Shown here piece after piece: positions 12,345 to 23,594 of a stretch of DNA of 64,000 nucleotides; the stretch's first letter is position 1, and every line of letters starts with the position of its first letter. The notes under the pieces are model-generated. The model saw nothing but the letters and a program-made list of their open reading frames with translations. It did not search any database and was not told the DNA's origin. This DNA comes from Spongospora subterranea f. sp. subterranea (Eukaryota), in the NCBI GenBank assembly GCA_049724395.1, contig JAUGWO010000023.1, positions 62,001 to 126,000 of the forward strand, written 5' to 3'. A program made the position numbers and the translations under genes.

Positions 12345-14411
12345 ATGGCTCGTGTTGATGTGCTGAGCCAGGCAATACAGTCCCGTAAGACCCTCTTTGG
12401 AGACAACCTATTCAGGTTCGAGGAGAAGATTCAGACCAAGTTTGGGCTGTTGCGCCATGTGATCATCCCATCTGGGAAAAGTTTCGACGCCGATCACGAC
12501 GGTGACGAATCGGACGATATTGCTCGGGATGCGGCCAGGCAGATCGCTGAGAGTCTGGGATGGTCGGTCAACGACGACAGCATCGCCAACTACGGCGTCC
12601 AGCTTCTGCACATTCTGGCGTTCGTTCACCAGAGCACGGGTCTGACCGGAGCGCCAGCCCTGGAATTCGCCCGGCAGATGATGGAGCAGGTTACGCGCGG
12701 GAGTAGTGTTGTCGAATTTCTGGCGACCAACGCCATTGTTCACGTCCCGCATCGGGATATCGTCTCGATCGGTCTCGATCCCGCGTTTAATCGCCCAGTT
12801 CTCTATCAGCCTGTTGCCCCCAATCCCAACCGCGCTCCGATATCCCTTCAACCGGATACCCAGATTCTTCAGCCAGACCATCGTGATGAACCTGATGATC
12901 CGCCAGCTGTATTGCAGGCGCTTTCCAGCACCAGGTCGAGGTCGCCCGAGTGCCATCCAACGGCACATTCCGAATTCCCTCTGGATCAGATCATTCGGAT
13001 GTTGACAGACCTGCAAACTCAGCAGAGTCGAATCATTGAGGGTTTAGAGAACCTAGAGGAGTTAGTCCATTCCGAACTACGATATGCCCATCCAACGCGA
13101 CCTTCAATAGATTCATCGCATCAGAATGTTGTGCCATCGCACGAATCCACTCGCAATCGCACAAGCAGCTCGTTTGTCCAGCCATTCATTGAGGTTATCA
13201 ATGAGAAAGACAGTGCGGGACCGTCAATGTCCCCCGAATCTGAGGAAATGCCAATGGAGAATCGGGTCAAGAAGGGGAAAGAGGAAGAAGCCGAGTTTGG
13301 GAGCACCAAAACTGGTCAGGACGGAAGCGAGGAGAGCAATCCCTATCACGATTATGATGATATCCCTCATCGTGTTGAATCGGGTTGCGAACGACAACGA
13401 CAAGAGGTTGTTCAGGTAGGAAATTATCAACCGCTGCAGGAATCAGTTCAGCGTCAATTCTACCAACGAATTCCCACCAATGAGAGACTTAATGACTCAA
13501 ACCAACTGCGAGATGAAAATGATCAAAACAATGATGACGGAAAACGGATGAAGAAAACATCTATTGGGGTCAAAAGAAGCTCGCGACTAGATTATGGAAC
13601 AGGGCGTGATCAGAATGTTTTACAGGAGGAATATCGTGAAGTGGTTGAGGGTAAACATCAGCAAGAGCACGACCAACAAAGGGCAATGTACCACACAGAG
13701 GAAGATTATCGTGGCGAGAAACGCGAAGAAAATGGTTCCAGACCTGAGCGCGTAGCTGGGGACGACTCGAAATTAGAGCCAGATGATTCACCCAAGGCTC
13801 GAGAAAACCATGATGTCTCAGTTCAGGTCGAAAACGATAATGGACCTCGTTCTTGTCAGCATCGGTTCACCCAATGCGACGATGGCCAATCTTCAACAAC
13901 GAATGCGAAAACAGAACAGAATGCGTCTGAATTTCAGGCGCCAGATAGCTTTCATCAACATGGGTATGATATTTCTGGATCTAATCAAACGGCCAATGTC
14001 GGCACATCTCACAAGGGCTATCGGGACTCATTGTTTCAAACATCAGGCTCGAACAAATTCAGTTGGGAGCCATCATTACCGCGGCCCCCAGACGGATCAC
14101 CTTCTTTCATCAACGAACGGGATGATCTGATGAACCGTCGTCGCTTTGATTCGAAGTGCGACATTAGCCATCTCTCGTTTCCAGATTGTTGCCATTTTCT
14201 TGCAACCAGGTCGCGCCTTCAATATGATCTTCCCCATTCGGTTTCGAATTCTCATTACGATAGCAATTATCACTCATACCCATCATGTGCAATCTGCCGC
14301 AATCGGAAGATCACCTCGCCCACAAATCGGGCACAATACTGGAATATTCAGTCCGGTTTCCGACCGTCAACTGTTGCACCGCGCCGTCGCGTATGTGAGT
14401 TATGCCCATAA
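12345..14411 (+). CDS. Unknown 688-aa intronless protein (helical N-terminus, short coiled coil, long disordered C-terminus)
   Basis: Long uninterrupted ORF; AATAAA follows the stop; no recognised motif. Confidence 0.7.
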   Translation: MARVDVLSQAIQSRKTLFGDNLFRFEEKIQTKFGLLRHVIIPSGKSFDADHDGDESDDIARDAARQIAESLGWSVNDDSIANYGVQLLHILAFVHQSTGLTGAPALEFARQMMEQVTRGSSVVEFLATNAIVHVPHRDIVSIGLDPAFNRPVLYQPVAPNPNRAPISLQPDTQILQPDHRDEPDDPPAVLQALSSTRSRSPECHPTAHSEFPLDQIIRMLTDLQTQQSRIIEGLENLEELVHSELRYAHPTRPSIDSSHQNVVPSHESTRNRTSSSFVQPFIEVINEKDSAGPSMSPESEEMPMENRVKKGKEEEAEFGSTKTGQDGSEESNPYHDYDDIPHRVESGCERQRQEVVQVGNYQPLQESVQRQFYQRIPTNERLNDSNQLRDENDQNNDDGKRMKKTSIGVKRSSRLDYGTGRDQNVLQEEYREVVEGKHQQEHDQQRAMYHTEEDYRGEKREENGSRPERVAGDDSKLEPDDSPKARENHDVSVQVENDNGPRSCQHRFTQCDDGQSSTTNAKTEQNASEFQAPDSFHQHGYDISGSNQTANVGTSHKGYRDSLFQTSGSNKFSWEPSLPRPPDGSPSFINERDDLMNRRRFDSKCDISHLSFPDCCHFLATRSRLQYDLPHSVSNSHYDSNYHSYPSCAICRNRKITSPTNRAQYWNIQSGFRPSTVAPRRRVCELCP

Positions 14412-14919
14412 ATAAACGAATCATTCAACAAGGTGAGACAATGCATGGAAAAATGGGCTTAGCCGATTTGAAGTTGTTGAACAAGTACATTAACCAACGA
14501 GCCCATAGTTTATGAAGGACGTACAGACGGGCCTTGTACTGTGTTTCCTGAACTTCCTGGTTTTTTGGCCTCTCGGAATTGGTGTTGGAGGGTTTTGGAG
14601 CTCTTTTCAGGCACTGCGGTTCTCGCAATTGGAGCAAGCCTGTGTCTCACTTTCGTGAACTGGTCGAGAGAATTTCGCGGGTGGGGACCTTAGAGGGCCT
14701 TGTACAACCGGAACATGGAGCCGCTCTTCCCGGATTTCTTCGATTTCTAGGGGACGCCAATGCGCGAGCCTTAGTTTTCTTGCACCTTTTCGCAGCGAGT
14801 GTTGTGATTGCCTTTTCATCAGCTTTGAAAGGTTCGTTTTCCATCAGTTTTTGATGATAGATGCGGAACGATAAAAAGCACATTCAACCGCTCTTACACA
14901 CTTTTTGACAGATCAGCGT

Positions 14920-15758
14920 TCCAGTAAAAATAGACCAGCTGGAACTATGGAGACAAAGAACACGAACGTGGACAAACGTGAGTATCGAAAAATGATCATT
15001 CAGAAAGAATTGCCAACGATCGAAGCGAAATGGCCCCGATCAAATATTTGACACCCTATTTTGATGCAACAAGACGATGCGAAAACCTCATATCGATCCG
15101 CTCGACGGTTAGTTCGTTGCTGCGGGTAAAAAAAAAGTGTTCTACGATATCGGAAAGCTATGCCAGCCACCCAACAGTCCAAACACTAACATTCTGGATT
15201 TGGGATTTTTCAATGCGATCCAGTCCTTGCAACATCAGAATGCTACCTGAGGGATTGACGAGCTCATTGCCTCTGTCGACGCTGCATTCAACGAACTGTC
15301 AATGCAAACCCTAAAAACAGTGTTTGTATCGCACCAACAGCAATGCATGATCGAAACGATGAAAGCCGAAGGAGGCAACGGATACCGATTGCCTCACATG
15401 GGGAAAGGATCGACTGGAACGCGCTGGGGAGCTCCCAGTTTATTTCGACTGTGATCTGACACTATGTAAAGAGACAGTTGAAATCGTTAATGCTGCCGAA
15501 AACAGGAATGTTGATTGAAATGCAAAGACTTATACCGATGTTAAATACAACGAACGACGATTCTTGAACCGCTGCAACGAACTCGCCGTCGAGCGAATCG
15601 AAATGAGGTTTTGCATTATCTTGTTGTATTAAATGGGGTGGCCAATTTTAGATCGGAACCATTTCGCTTCAATTAATTTAAACAGTATTCGTAAGGACAC
15701 TTAAAAATGAACAACTGGCCACAGCAAAACAGACACTTATTTGTGCTCAGAGGGTGTA
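14920..15758 (+). mobile_element. 3' half of a decayed plant-type mariner element with its right TIR
   Basis: SKNRPAGTMETK, MQQDDAK, QPPNSP.TNILDLGFFNAIQSLQ and GGNGYRLPHMGK in shifting frames; ends ...CAGAGGGTG|TA, resembling the Stowaway-type terminus. Confidence 0.85.
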
Positions 15759-15879
15759 TTTTTTATTCTCAAAGTTCTTCGCTAAAGATAGCAGACTCGG
15801 TTGCAGCCTGGATCGCGTTCAGCTCAGTCGCTGAATAACCTTGCTGCTAACTTTAGCGGAGAACTTTGCGAATAAAAAA
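15759..15879. repeat. Short inverted-repeat (MITE-like) hairpin abutting the mariner end
   Basis: TTTTATTCTCAAAGTTCTTCGCTAAAGATAGCAG pairs with CTGCTAACTTTAGCGGAGAACTTTGCGAATAAAA (3 mismatches). Confidence 0.85.
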
Positions 15880-16348
15880 AAACATAAGCTTGGGGCTGGA
15901 TCCTCTGCGCGTGACTGTCTAGCTGTTCGTTCTCAAGAAGGCTTATCTGCATTCCGGGACCAGCTCCGTCGATAACTTCGACACGTGGCACAAGGTGCTG
16001 TAGTTTTCTTTTGCACCGCTTACGATGTTAGGAATCTGGCTCTGCGGGAAAAGGGAGTTTTGCAACTTGCTCTAAGCTTGGGGTTGGTCGGCTGGATTCT
16101 CTGCGCGCGTCGGTCAGCATCAGGCTTGGGCTGGCTTGCGCGCAGTTTTTGAGTCGAGCGCACAGCGCAGTTTGTCGTTGCGCTCGTCGATGCTCAGGTT
16201 TTTAGCTGTCTACAGTCGTACTGTAGACGCGTTGCGGGCTGTCTAGCGCCACGGTGCCTGCCTTTCCCCACGCAGTTTCTGTTGACCTGCAAACCCATTC
16301 CATGGAACTCGACCATCATTCGATTTACTCAACTGATATCCCCAAAGA

Positions 16349-17242
16349 ATGGATACATTTTCTCGGTTTGCATTTTGCAAGTATATGATTCTCTGCATGT
16401 GCAGCATTCAGATGATTCGATCTTCTACAATCTGGGTTGTTGTTTTCGTGTCGGTATTTCTTGCGGTATTCGAGGCCAACTTGCGTAAAAGAGGCTTTCC
16501 AGGCTCTGTGGAAGAAGATATTGATTTCGGTAGATTTCCTGTACTCAATGAGTACCTTTCGTGCGATATTTGCTCTGGTCGATCGAGTTGGGATATGGAA
16601 GATACCAATGGTTCAGACGATATTGTCGAAGGGGTGACCGTTGATGGTGAAAATATCCCTGATTCAGATGGCTTTCTCGATGATTTACCCCTTAATATTC
16701 GAAATACCATTGAAACAGGTATTGTTCACGATCAATCAATACCAATCAGTCAACATAATCTTGATACAGACATTGATCACGACCCACCCTCTCCATTAAC
16801 ACCTGAATTGCAATCCATGTTCGAGGAGCGAGGAGAGGACACGATCTCGTTCTCCGAAGCTCAGGTCTTAGTGTCGTCATCAGACACAGATATTCTGCTC
16901 GATCAATCATCATCAAACCCTGTTGTCGAGTCAGAGCCTTCTCCAATTACTCACTCCTCCGCCGTTAGTGATTCCTCAAATCTAATCGACCACAATCTGA
17001 TCGCCTCATCGTCATTATCAACTCCTGACCATTCGTCATCGCAATCATCATATCGTGGTCTTAGTATCGGCGTTGTAATTGCATTTTCAAGTATGTGTTC
17101 GGTTGCGATTTTGAGTTCTATTTGGTTTTACAATATGTCAATGTGGATAGCATCCCAGCATCGAATACGGGGTGTTCCTCACGATCCTTTACCAGCGCAG
17201 ATGATTGATGCCACACAATTTCTTCCAGTCTATAATTATTGA
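16349..17242 (+). CDS. Unknown membrane protein: N-terminal hydrophobic segment, Ser/Asp-rich region, C-terminal TM helix
   Basis: 297-aa ORF with IWVVVFVSVFLAVF near the start and LSIGVVIAFSSMCSVAILSSIWFY near the end. Confidence 0.65.
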   Translation: MDTFSRFAFCKYMILCMCSIQMIRSSTIWVVVFVSVFLAVFEANLRKRGFPGSVEEDIDFGRFPVLNEYLSCDICSGRSSWDMEDTNGSDDIVEGVTVDGENIPDSDGFLDDLPLNIRNTIETGIVHDQSIPISQHNLDTDIDHDPPSPLTPELQSMFEERGEDTISFSEAQVLVSSSDTDILLDQSSSNPVVESEPSPITHSSAVSDSSNLIDHNLIASSSLSTPDHSSSQSSYRGLSIGVVIAFSSMCSVAILSSIWFYNMSMWIASQHRIRGVPHDPLPAQMIDATQFLPVYNY

Positions 17243-17399
17243 CAACCTCTATTACTGTACAATAGGAGTATTTATATAAATATTACTCACATTATTCATA
17301 TCAGTACTACTGTTGTTTACTCAGTAAAATAATGACCAATGGCAGCGGTGTTGCAGTGCATGTTATTACCTCTAACGGAAAGCTGTCAATGGGAAAATA

Positions 17400-19146
17400 C
17401 TCCCTCCGTTCCAAAAAATAACTGGTCGATATGGCTTCTTAGGAACCACATTCCTTCACATCAACAAAACCCGCTGATCTGTTGAACTTTTACTTTTCCA
17501 GAAAAAAAATCAGCAAGGAAAACAACATTCAATATATGTTTAATCACTTATATTGTTCTGCCAACATGTTGTCGTTTTTATTTATGACAATTGTTTGTGC
17601 ATTCTTCAGGTTCTTCAAATCACAGAGCAACGACACAGGAAGCCGGTTTTCATTTTGCAGTTGGTTCTTCCCACATGACGGATTGGGAAACTGTTGCCTC
17701 CTTCTTCCGCAATGCGCGAGCCCAGAACGCCCTGTAATGTAGGAAAAGTTAGATCGAGTTTGAGCGGGTCCAGTTCATTAATTGATTCATGGATCGCCGA
17801 AATCAGTTCGTCAAGATCGCGTGGAGATTTAGTATATTGTAGTGCTTGTATAGCATTGAAGACACCAAGATCTATCGCTTTCATATCCGGACTGTTCGGC
17901 GGCTGCATACTAAACGGATGTCGTATCCATCGCTCTAAGCAATCTTGATAAACTCCTCGTCGTCTGGCTTCATGTGCGGTCGAGCATTATCTTGTTGTAT
18001 GAAAACTGATGCGTTCTTGAAAAACTTTGACTTGATGGCGGGGATGTCTTTGGTAATCAGAGCATCCAGAAAGTTGTTTCTATCGACCACAATAGATTTC
18101 TGACAAGTTCTCCCTTGGTTCGATTCTTGCTTAAACGTTTTGAAGAGGCTCTGACAACAAATGGCCAGAGACCGATTTTTCCAGTGAAAGACCAAACTCC
18201 GTTGTCAAATTTAGGCCTTGCAACGGCTGTTAAGAACATCATCTTGTCGATGAGAGATATTCTTTGGCAGGTGCGGTAGGGTAACTCTTCATCGACAAAC
18301 AGGTAGTATGCTTTGGACTTTCGGGCCAAATAAAACCACTTCTCATCAAGGTGGACGACATCGTACATCTCCTGAAATTTCGGGAAGTTGCTATGGAATC
18401 TTGTTGTAGCTTTAATGCAAAATCGCAAACGTGGGATTTTTATTTGCCTCAGCAAGCGTTGGTTTCAAAAAGCTGACATGGCGACGAATGATCCCACTTT
18501 TTACATTTCTGTGCGAAGTAGAAAGAGGAATTCCTGTCGCCCCAGCAATTCCTCTCAGGGTCCTTCTCGTTCTTAGAGGCACGCCCGCTACTGCCGAAGA
18601 GATATCGACATGTTTCTGCTTTCGACCACAATATTTCTTGCGATGGGAAACGTCTGCAGCAACGCTTCTGGCAACCAAGGACTGATTTCCGCGGCGCCAA
18701 ACTCGGCTAACCGTTCTCCAGTTTGTCTCGTGTTGGTCGGCTACGTTGGCAAAACAGCCCTTTGGTGGGTGCCCATGGTTGTTGAGCATTGTCAAAAGAC
18801 TCTCAGAGATAGCGCGGCGATGGTTGTTGTTCAGCATGAGCCCGGTTCTTATATTCGCCCAACCCTATATTGAGAATGATTTGACTGCAGTTCTCATGAC
18901 ATGAACAGTGCCAGTAACGTTATGCAGCCAGCCCATATTAAGTGTATTGCCTCATATGTACAGAGATTCATGACGCCATCGTTGAACGAAGATAGAGCAA
19001 TGAAAAAATATCTAGCGATGCTGCTTTAAGTTCATTACAAATGAAAGAAATAGACTTTTTTCGCAATCATGTAATTTGAACGATGAAAATTGACCTTAAT
19101 CCGGTGAAAAACCCGGTGTCGACCAGCTATTTTCAAACGGAGGGAG
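17400..19146 (-). mobile_element. Full-length but inactivated DD39D (plant-type) mariner transposon with TIRs and TA target duplication
   Basis: TA|CTCCCTCCGTTCCAAAAAATAACTGGTCGA ... TCGACCAGCTATTTTCAAACGGAGGGAG|TA. Transposase motifs VHLDEKWFY, KMMFLTAVARP, GKIGLWPF, IQQDNARPH and QPPNSPDMKAIDLG are split by frameshifts and a stop. Confidence 0.95.
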
Positions 19147-20979
19147 TACAATCAAAGCCTTTTGAATCTAACACAATTATTGCATCTCAAGAGGGTGTCT
19201 GCTCGTCTCCTGTTAAAAATCAACGCGTACGAATTATTCGGTGGATCGCAGTTTGATGGGTTGAATGCTAACCAATAGGACGATCACCGCCGTATAACTT
19301 ACGTCTTCTTCGCACCGTCTTGTTTAATCAAGCTGCCCCGACAATATCATCATACAGTTTTCATTGATTCCACCTACAAAATCAATCGGTAAAAAATCTA
19401 CCTGCTCCTCCCCATAAGTCAACAGTTTCTTTAGTTTTGGATGCTTTACTGCATACTGTCGGCGCCACTCCTGTTAACAAGTAGTTTCAATATGTTTCGT
19501 CTTCGTGAAATTGAACCGAGCAGGATTATATATGGGCATTGCGACAACATCAATTTGAGTTTCGACGCGTTTTCAAACATATTCGTGACTGACCGAGAGC
19601 GGTGCTAAAATCATTCCATTAGGAGTAAACTGTCTTTTGCAAGCCCTATTCTTTTGTTGTGTATTTGGCACATTCAAAAATGTACTACCTAGCCAAGACT
19701 AAAAATCGTGAACAACGACCCTTTGCAGCAGTTTTAGAGGAACTGGACACGCGTAATGTACTAAGTTGTACAGATGTTTGTCCAAGCTCTGTCGGAACTA
19801 GCGGCAACTTAGCAGCCGTTGCCACCTTATCGCCAGCCCGGTATTCAGGAAGGCGTCAACGTATTAACAAGCACACCTCACGATAATCATTTTATCGAAA
19901 AAAACCAGAGCAAGTTACCGCTCGAGGACGCCCCAAGGTTCCGTTGCCCGGTTGAGTTCTGAATCTTCCGACACCGAGAGGTCCATCTGGATGCGAGAAT
20001 GCAGACCGACGACAACGTGTTCGTCGTCTAAGTGATCTCCCTGGTCATACTCGCCGATCATGTAGTACGATAGCCTCAGCACCAGTAGAGGCAGTGTTGC
20101 CGTGCTGATCGCCCCTAGCATTGATTTCACTAAAAATGTGTGCGATCGCTCGAAGCGCAACGTAGTACCAGTGCTTTTCGAATTGCAGATAGTTTGCTGA
20201 ACAATTAATTGTAGTAAGGTTCTGAATAAAAGGCGTTTAATAAAGAAACTGTGTAATATTATTATAGGGAGGCGCTTTCCAGGGGGTGTCCACCGACCAA
20301 TTTGGAGTGTCAATGGACCCCAGGCGAAAATCGATCCCATTGAACGAAACTGAAAACAGCTGTCTCCTTCTTGACGATATCTTAGTCACTTACGCCACCA
20401 ATTCAAAGATCGAATTCTTAAAGCTGAAAGACAGCGTAAAGCAGATGAGAAACGAGTTACAGATCAAGCAATCATTCAACTAACTCGAGCAGATCTCCCC
20501 AAAACGATTCGTCAAGCCATAAAACAAAATTCATCGAAACCAAAAAAAAATGTTCAAGACGGTTCAAAACTTCTCACATAAGCCGATAGTGCATTTCATC
20601 GTGCAATCAGCAAAGCATCAAGCCGCTATAGGTTTCAAAATATCAGGCATCGATACAAAACTTTCAGCAATCACTGAATCATCACAAACGTCGATCCTTC
20701 CCCCTGATATTTCATATCTCGAGAAACCTCTCAAGGCTATGCAGATCAACTACCTTGATTAAGCTGCAAACCAAAGCAAACTGCTGAAGACTCAACTTCT
20801 CTTAGAAACAACTAAGTCAACACGAGCCAAAGAAAAGCTTCAAGCTACTGCTACAACAATTAGAGCTACTAGAACAGAGTATCTAAACTTTACAATCGCA
20901 GCAATTGGAAACATGTTGCCGCGGCCAGAGAGAAATTGACAACCAAGACATGGAGACACTTTAAACTCCGTTTTGGGGG

Positions 20980-21499
20980 AATGAATAAAATTGCTTCAGC
21001 GTTCTAATAAGAGTTGAATCGTAATAAGGATTGATGAAGGGTAGCAGTTGTTTGTCAGGCTCTTGATTTCTGTCAATGGCAGGAGCTCAAATATAACAAT
21101 TGAACTGCCTGAAAATGTGATATAGGAAGTTGGATGAGAAGCCTCTATCTCTCAGTTGATAGTAGAATCGGCTAGTTTGCTCGAATCTGTCCAAGTCGAG
21201 TGAATTGTTTCTTAATTCTCGAAGAAGTTCACCTTTTATATAGCCTTTAATAGTGTTAGGGGTCGTGCATACTTGATTTAGGAAGGTATTGAAAGATAGA
21301 AGTAGGTTCTGAAAATGTTCTGAAATATAAGCGCTTATCAAGTGTAAAACAAAAATCATCGAAACCAAAAAATGTTCAAGGCGGCTTCTATCTTTCAATA
21401 CCTCCCTAAATCAAGTATGCACAACCTCAACACTATCAAAGGCTATATAAAAGGTGAGCTTCTTCGATATTTGAGAAACAATTCACTCGACTTTGACAG
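20980..21499. mobile_element. Penelope-like retroelement RT C-terminal fragment present in both orientations
   Basis: FQYLPKSSMHNLNTIKGYIKGELLRYLRNNS on + and TIKGYIKGELLRELRNNS..FYYQLRDRGFS on - resemble the post-RT segment of Penelope/GIY-YIG retroelements. Confidence 0.7.
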
Positions 21500-21848
21500 G
21501 GAATATTTCTTAATCCATCTTCAATCTTTATCCGTTGAATTGTTTGTTCTAGCACGAATATCGTAAAATTTGTATCTCGTGTCCCACAGCGTCAACTGTT
21601 AGCATTGCGGCGTTGGGAACAAATCCATTTGTATCACGTTGTGCCTATAAAGCGAAGAAGCTGGGATTTCGACCAGTTGTCGAGGTCGATTGGTATGGAC
21701 GAGGAGTTCTCATGGCGTCAACTGTCAATGTATTCATGAATGGCGCGGCCTCTAAATGTGTTATGTACACTGTACAGATGATTAACGTCATTTGCTATTA
21801 TTATCACCGACCTGACGAAAATCACTGATCAAACCAGGAGCCAAAATC

Positions 21849-22358
21849 ATGGCTGACGACCAAAGAGGCAGCTCGCATCGTCTATTAAGGGGTGCTATTA
21901 GGCAAACTGATGTCCACAATCGCCATCTCGAGCAGTCGCAAATGTGGCGAGCCTATGAAATGGATAGAAAGCGCAGTCGCAGGGGCAGGACCGATCGCTC
22001 CCATAGTCCAGACTCTAAAAGGAAACGCCATACAAGCAGGTCTCCAACAATGCAAAGTCATCGACGACACCGAACAAAAAAATCTGAAAAATTAAAAAAA
22101 CCAAGGAAAAAACACCAATCATCTGTTAATTCAATCAATTTCGAAGAAGAAAGGAAAAGACATGAGTTGCAACGTCTCAGAGATAAGATCGTTCGCCCGG
22201 CAGATGAGTCCAGTCTTGCTGATCGAGTTGCGACACATTTTGCTGCTGTTTATCCAAGTGGGCGTCTGATTCCATTAGCCAGTTCGACAACAGCCAATGA
22301 TGCATGGTCAAATGATGCATTCCTGGCTATGCATAAACTCGCCGATACGAAAAGATAA
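21849..22358 (+). CDS. Small basic Arg/Ser/Lys-rich protein, probably nuclear
   Basis: 169-aa ORF with an RS-like tract; an upstream exon is possible. Confidence 0.6.
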   Translation: MADDQRGSSHRLLRGAIRQTDVHNRHLEQSQMWRAYEMDRKRSRRGRTDRSHSPDSKRKRHTSRSPTMQSHRRHRTKKSEKLKKPRKKHQSSVNSINFEEERKRHELQRLRDKIVRPADESSLADRVATHFAAVYPSGRLIPLASSTTANDAWSNDAFLAMHKLADTKR

Positions 22359-22395
22359 CATTTTAAACGATATATATATATATATTTACATAGGG

Positions 22396-23138
22396 TCATT
22401 CAGGTGATTTCGGTTTTCGTCTGAACTGAAATACTTTGATGTCATCATCGATTATGACAGATTCTTCATCGAACCCGAGCTCCTGCATTCCTTTGAAGAA
22501 TTCTGCCTCCCATGCGAAACGATCAATATGAGCAAATAATATTTGTTGGCTTGACGATTTAACCAGCATATCAAACGTTCGTAGCAGCAATGGGATATTC
22601 TCCTTAGCAAATATCAGGTCTGACCCGACAACTATGTTCTTATCGGAAAACGAAGACGGTAATTCATCGCCCCTGAAACTCGATTGAACATTGTCGAGAC
22701 GAGGAACTGAACAATATATTACCAATACAAGGGCGCCACTGTTATATTATTACGGCTGTTATTAAGTTCTATGTTATCATTAAGAATATCAAGAACAGGC
22801 TCTTGATCAGTTGACAAAACAGATCGAGCACCGAGCCGGGCCAATACAATCCCGACAAGGCCAGTACCGCTGCCAACTTCCACCACATCGCTGTCCTTGA
22901 GATTAAACTGATCAAGATGTTGCTCTATCCATCTGGACAGACTTCGTGCACACTTTGTCGATCCGCCTCGGATCTGGATAGGATCGTGGCCGTCCAGGAT
23001 GAACTGCTGCTCTAACGATTGATCATGTGATCTATCGTTATGCGAGCTGGAGTGACCATCTCGCAAACATGTCTGGCATTCACAGAGCTGACGAAGAGCC
23101 CGTCCATCCCAGGACGATACAGCAGCGGGCCCCATCAT
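22396..23138 (-). CDS. METTL21/Methyltransf_16-type protein-lysine methyltransferase (start uncertain)
   Basis: VVEVGSGTGLVGI, STDQEPVLDILNDNIELN, LYW-intron-G, VGSDLIF. Confidence 0.85.
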
Positions 23139-23412
23139 GTGACACGCCCGTCGACTGTTTTACCGACTGAAACCACGGCCTATTTTGAGTATCGACTATC
23201 ACTGTGGAACGCATCCGGGACCGACATGTCAGGTTTATCATATCATGTTTCATCATGTTTCGAGATAGGCATGACACGTCGATCATATCATGTTTCAGAT
23301 GATCATGGTATTCCTGTGACAGTCACTTCGGATACATCGTTACTGCCTGAATCGATTCCCATTGTAATTGTGCGAGGGGATGCACTGCGTTCACTTCGAT
23401 TAGTCAACAGAT

Positions 23413-23570
23413 TCATCTTGTTTCAACAAGTGGAATATATTTCTATTGTCTATGGCCAAAACCGTCATCTTGTTTCAACAAGTGGAATATATTTCTATTG
23501 TCTATGGCCAAAACCGTCATCTTGTTTCAACAAGTGGAATATATTTCTATTGTCTATGGCCAAAACCGTC
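23413..23570. repeat. 52-bp perfect tandem repeat, 3 copies
   Basis: TCATCTTGTTTCAACAAGTGGAATATATTTCTATTGTCTATGGCCAAAACCG starts at 23413, 23465 and 23517. Confidence 0.97.
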
Positions 23571-23594
23571 TTATGATGAGCCGACCAGAAGGTC

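Noticed and set aside
23413..23570. CRISPR-like array
   Set aside because: Units are contiguous and identical with no spacers; eukaryotic context and no cas genes.
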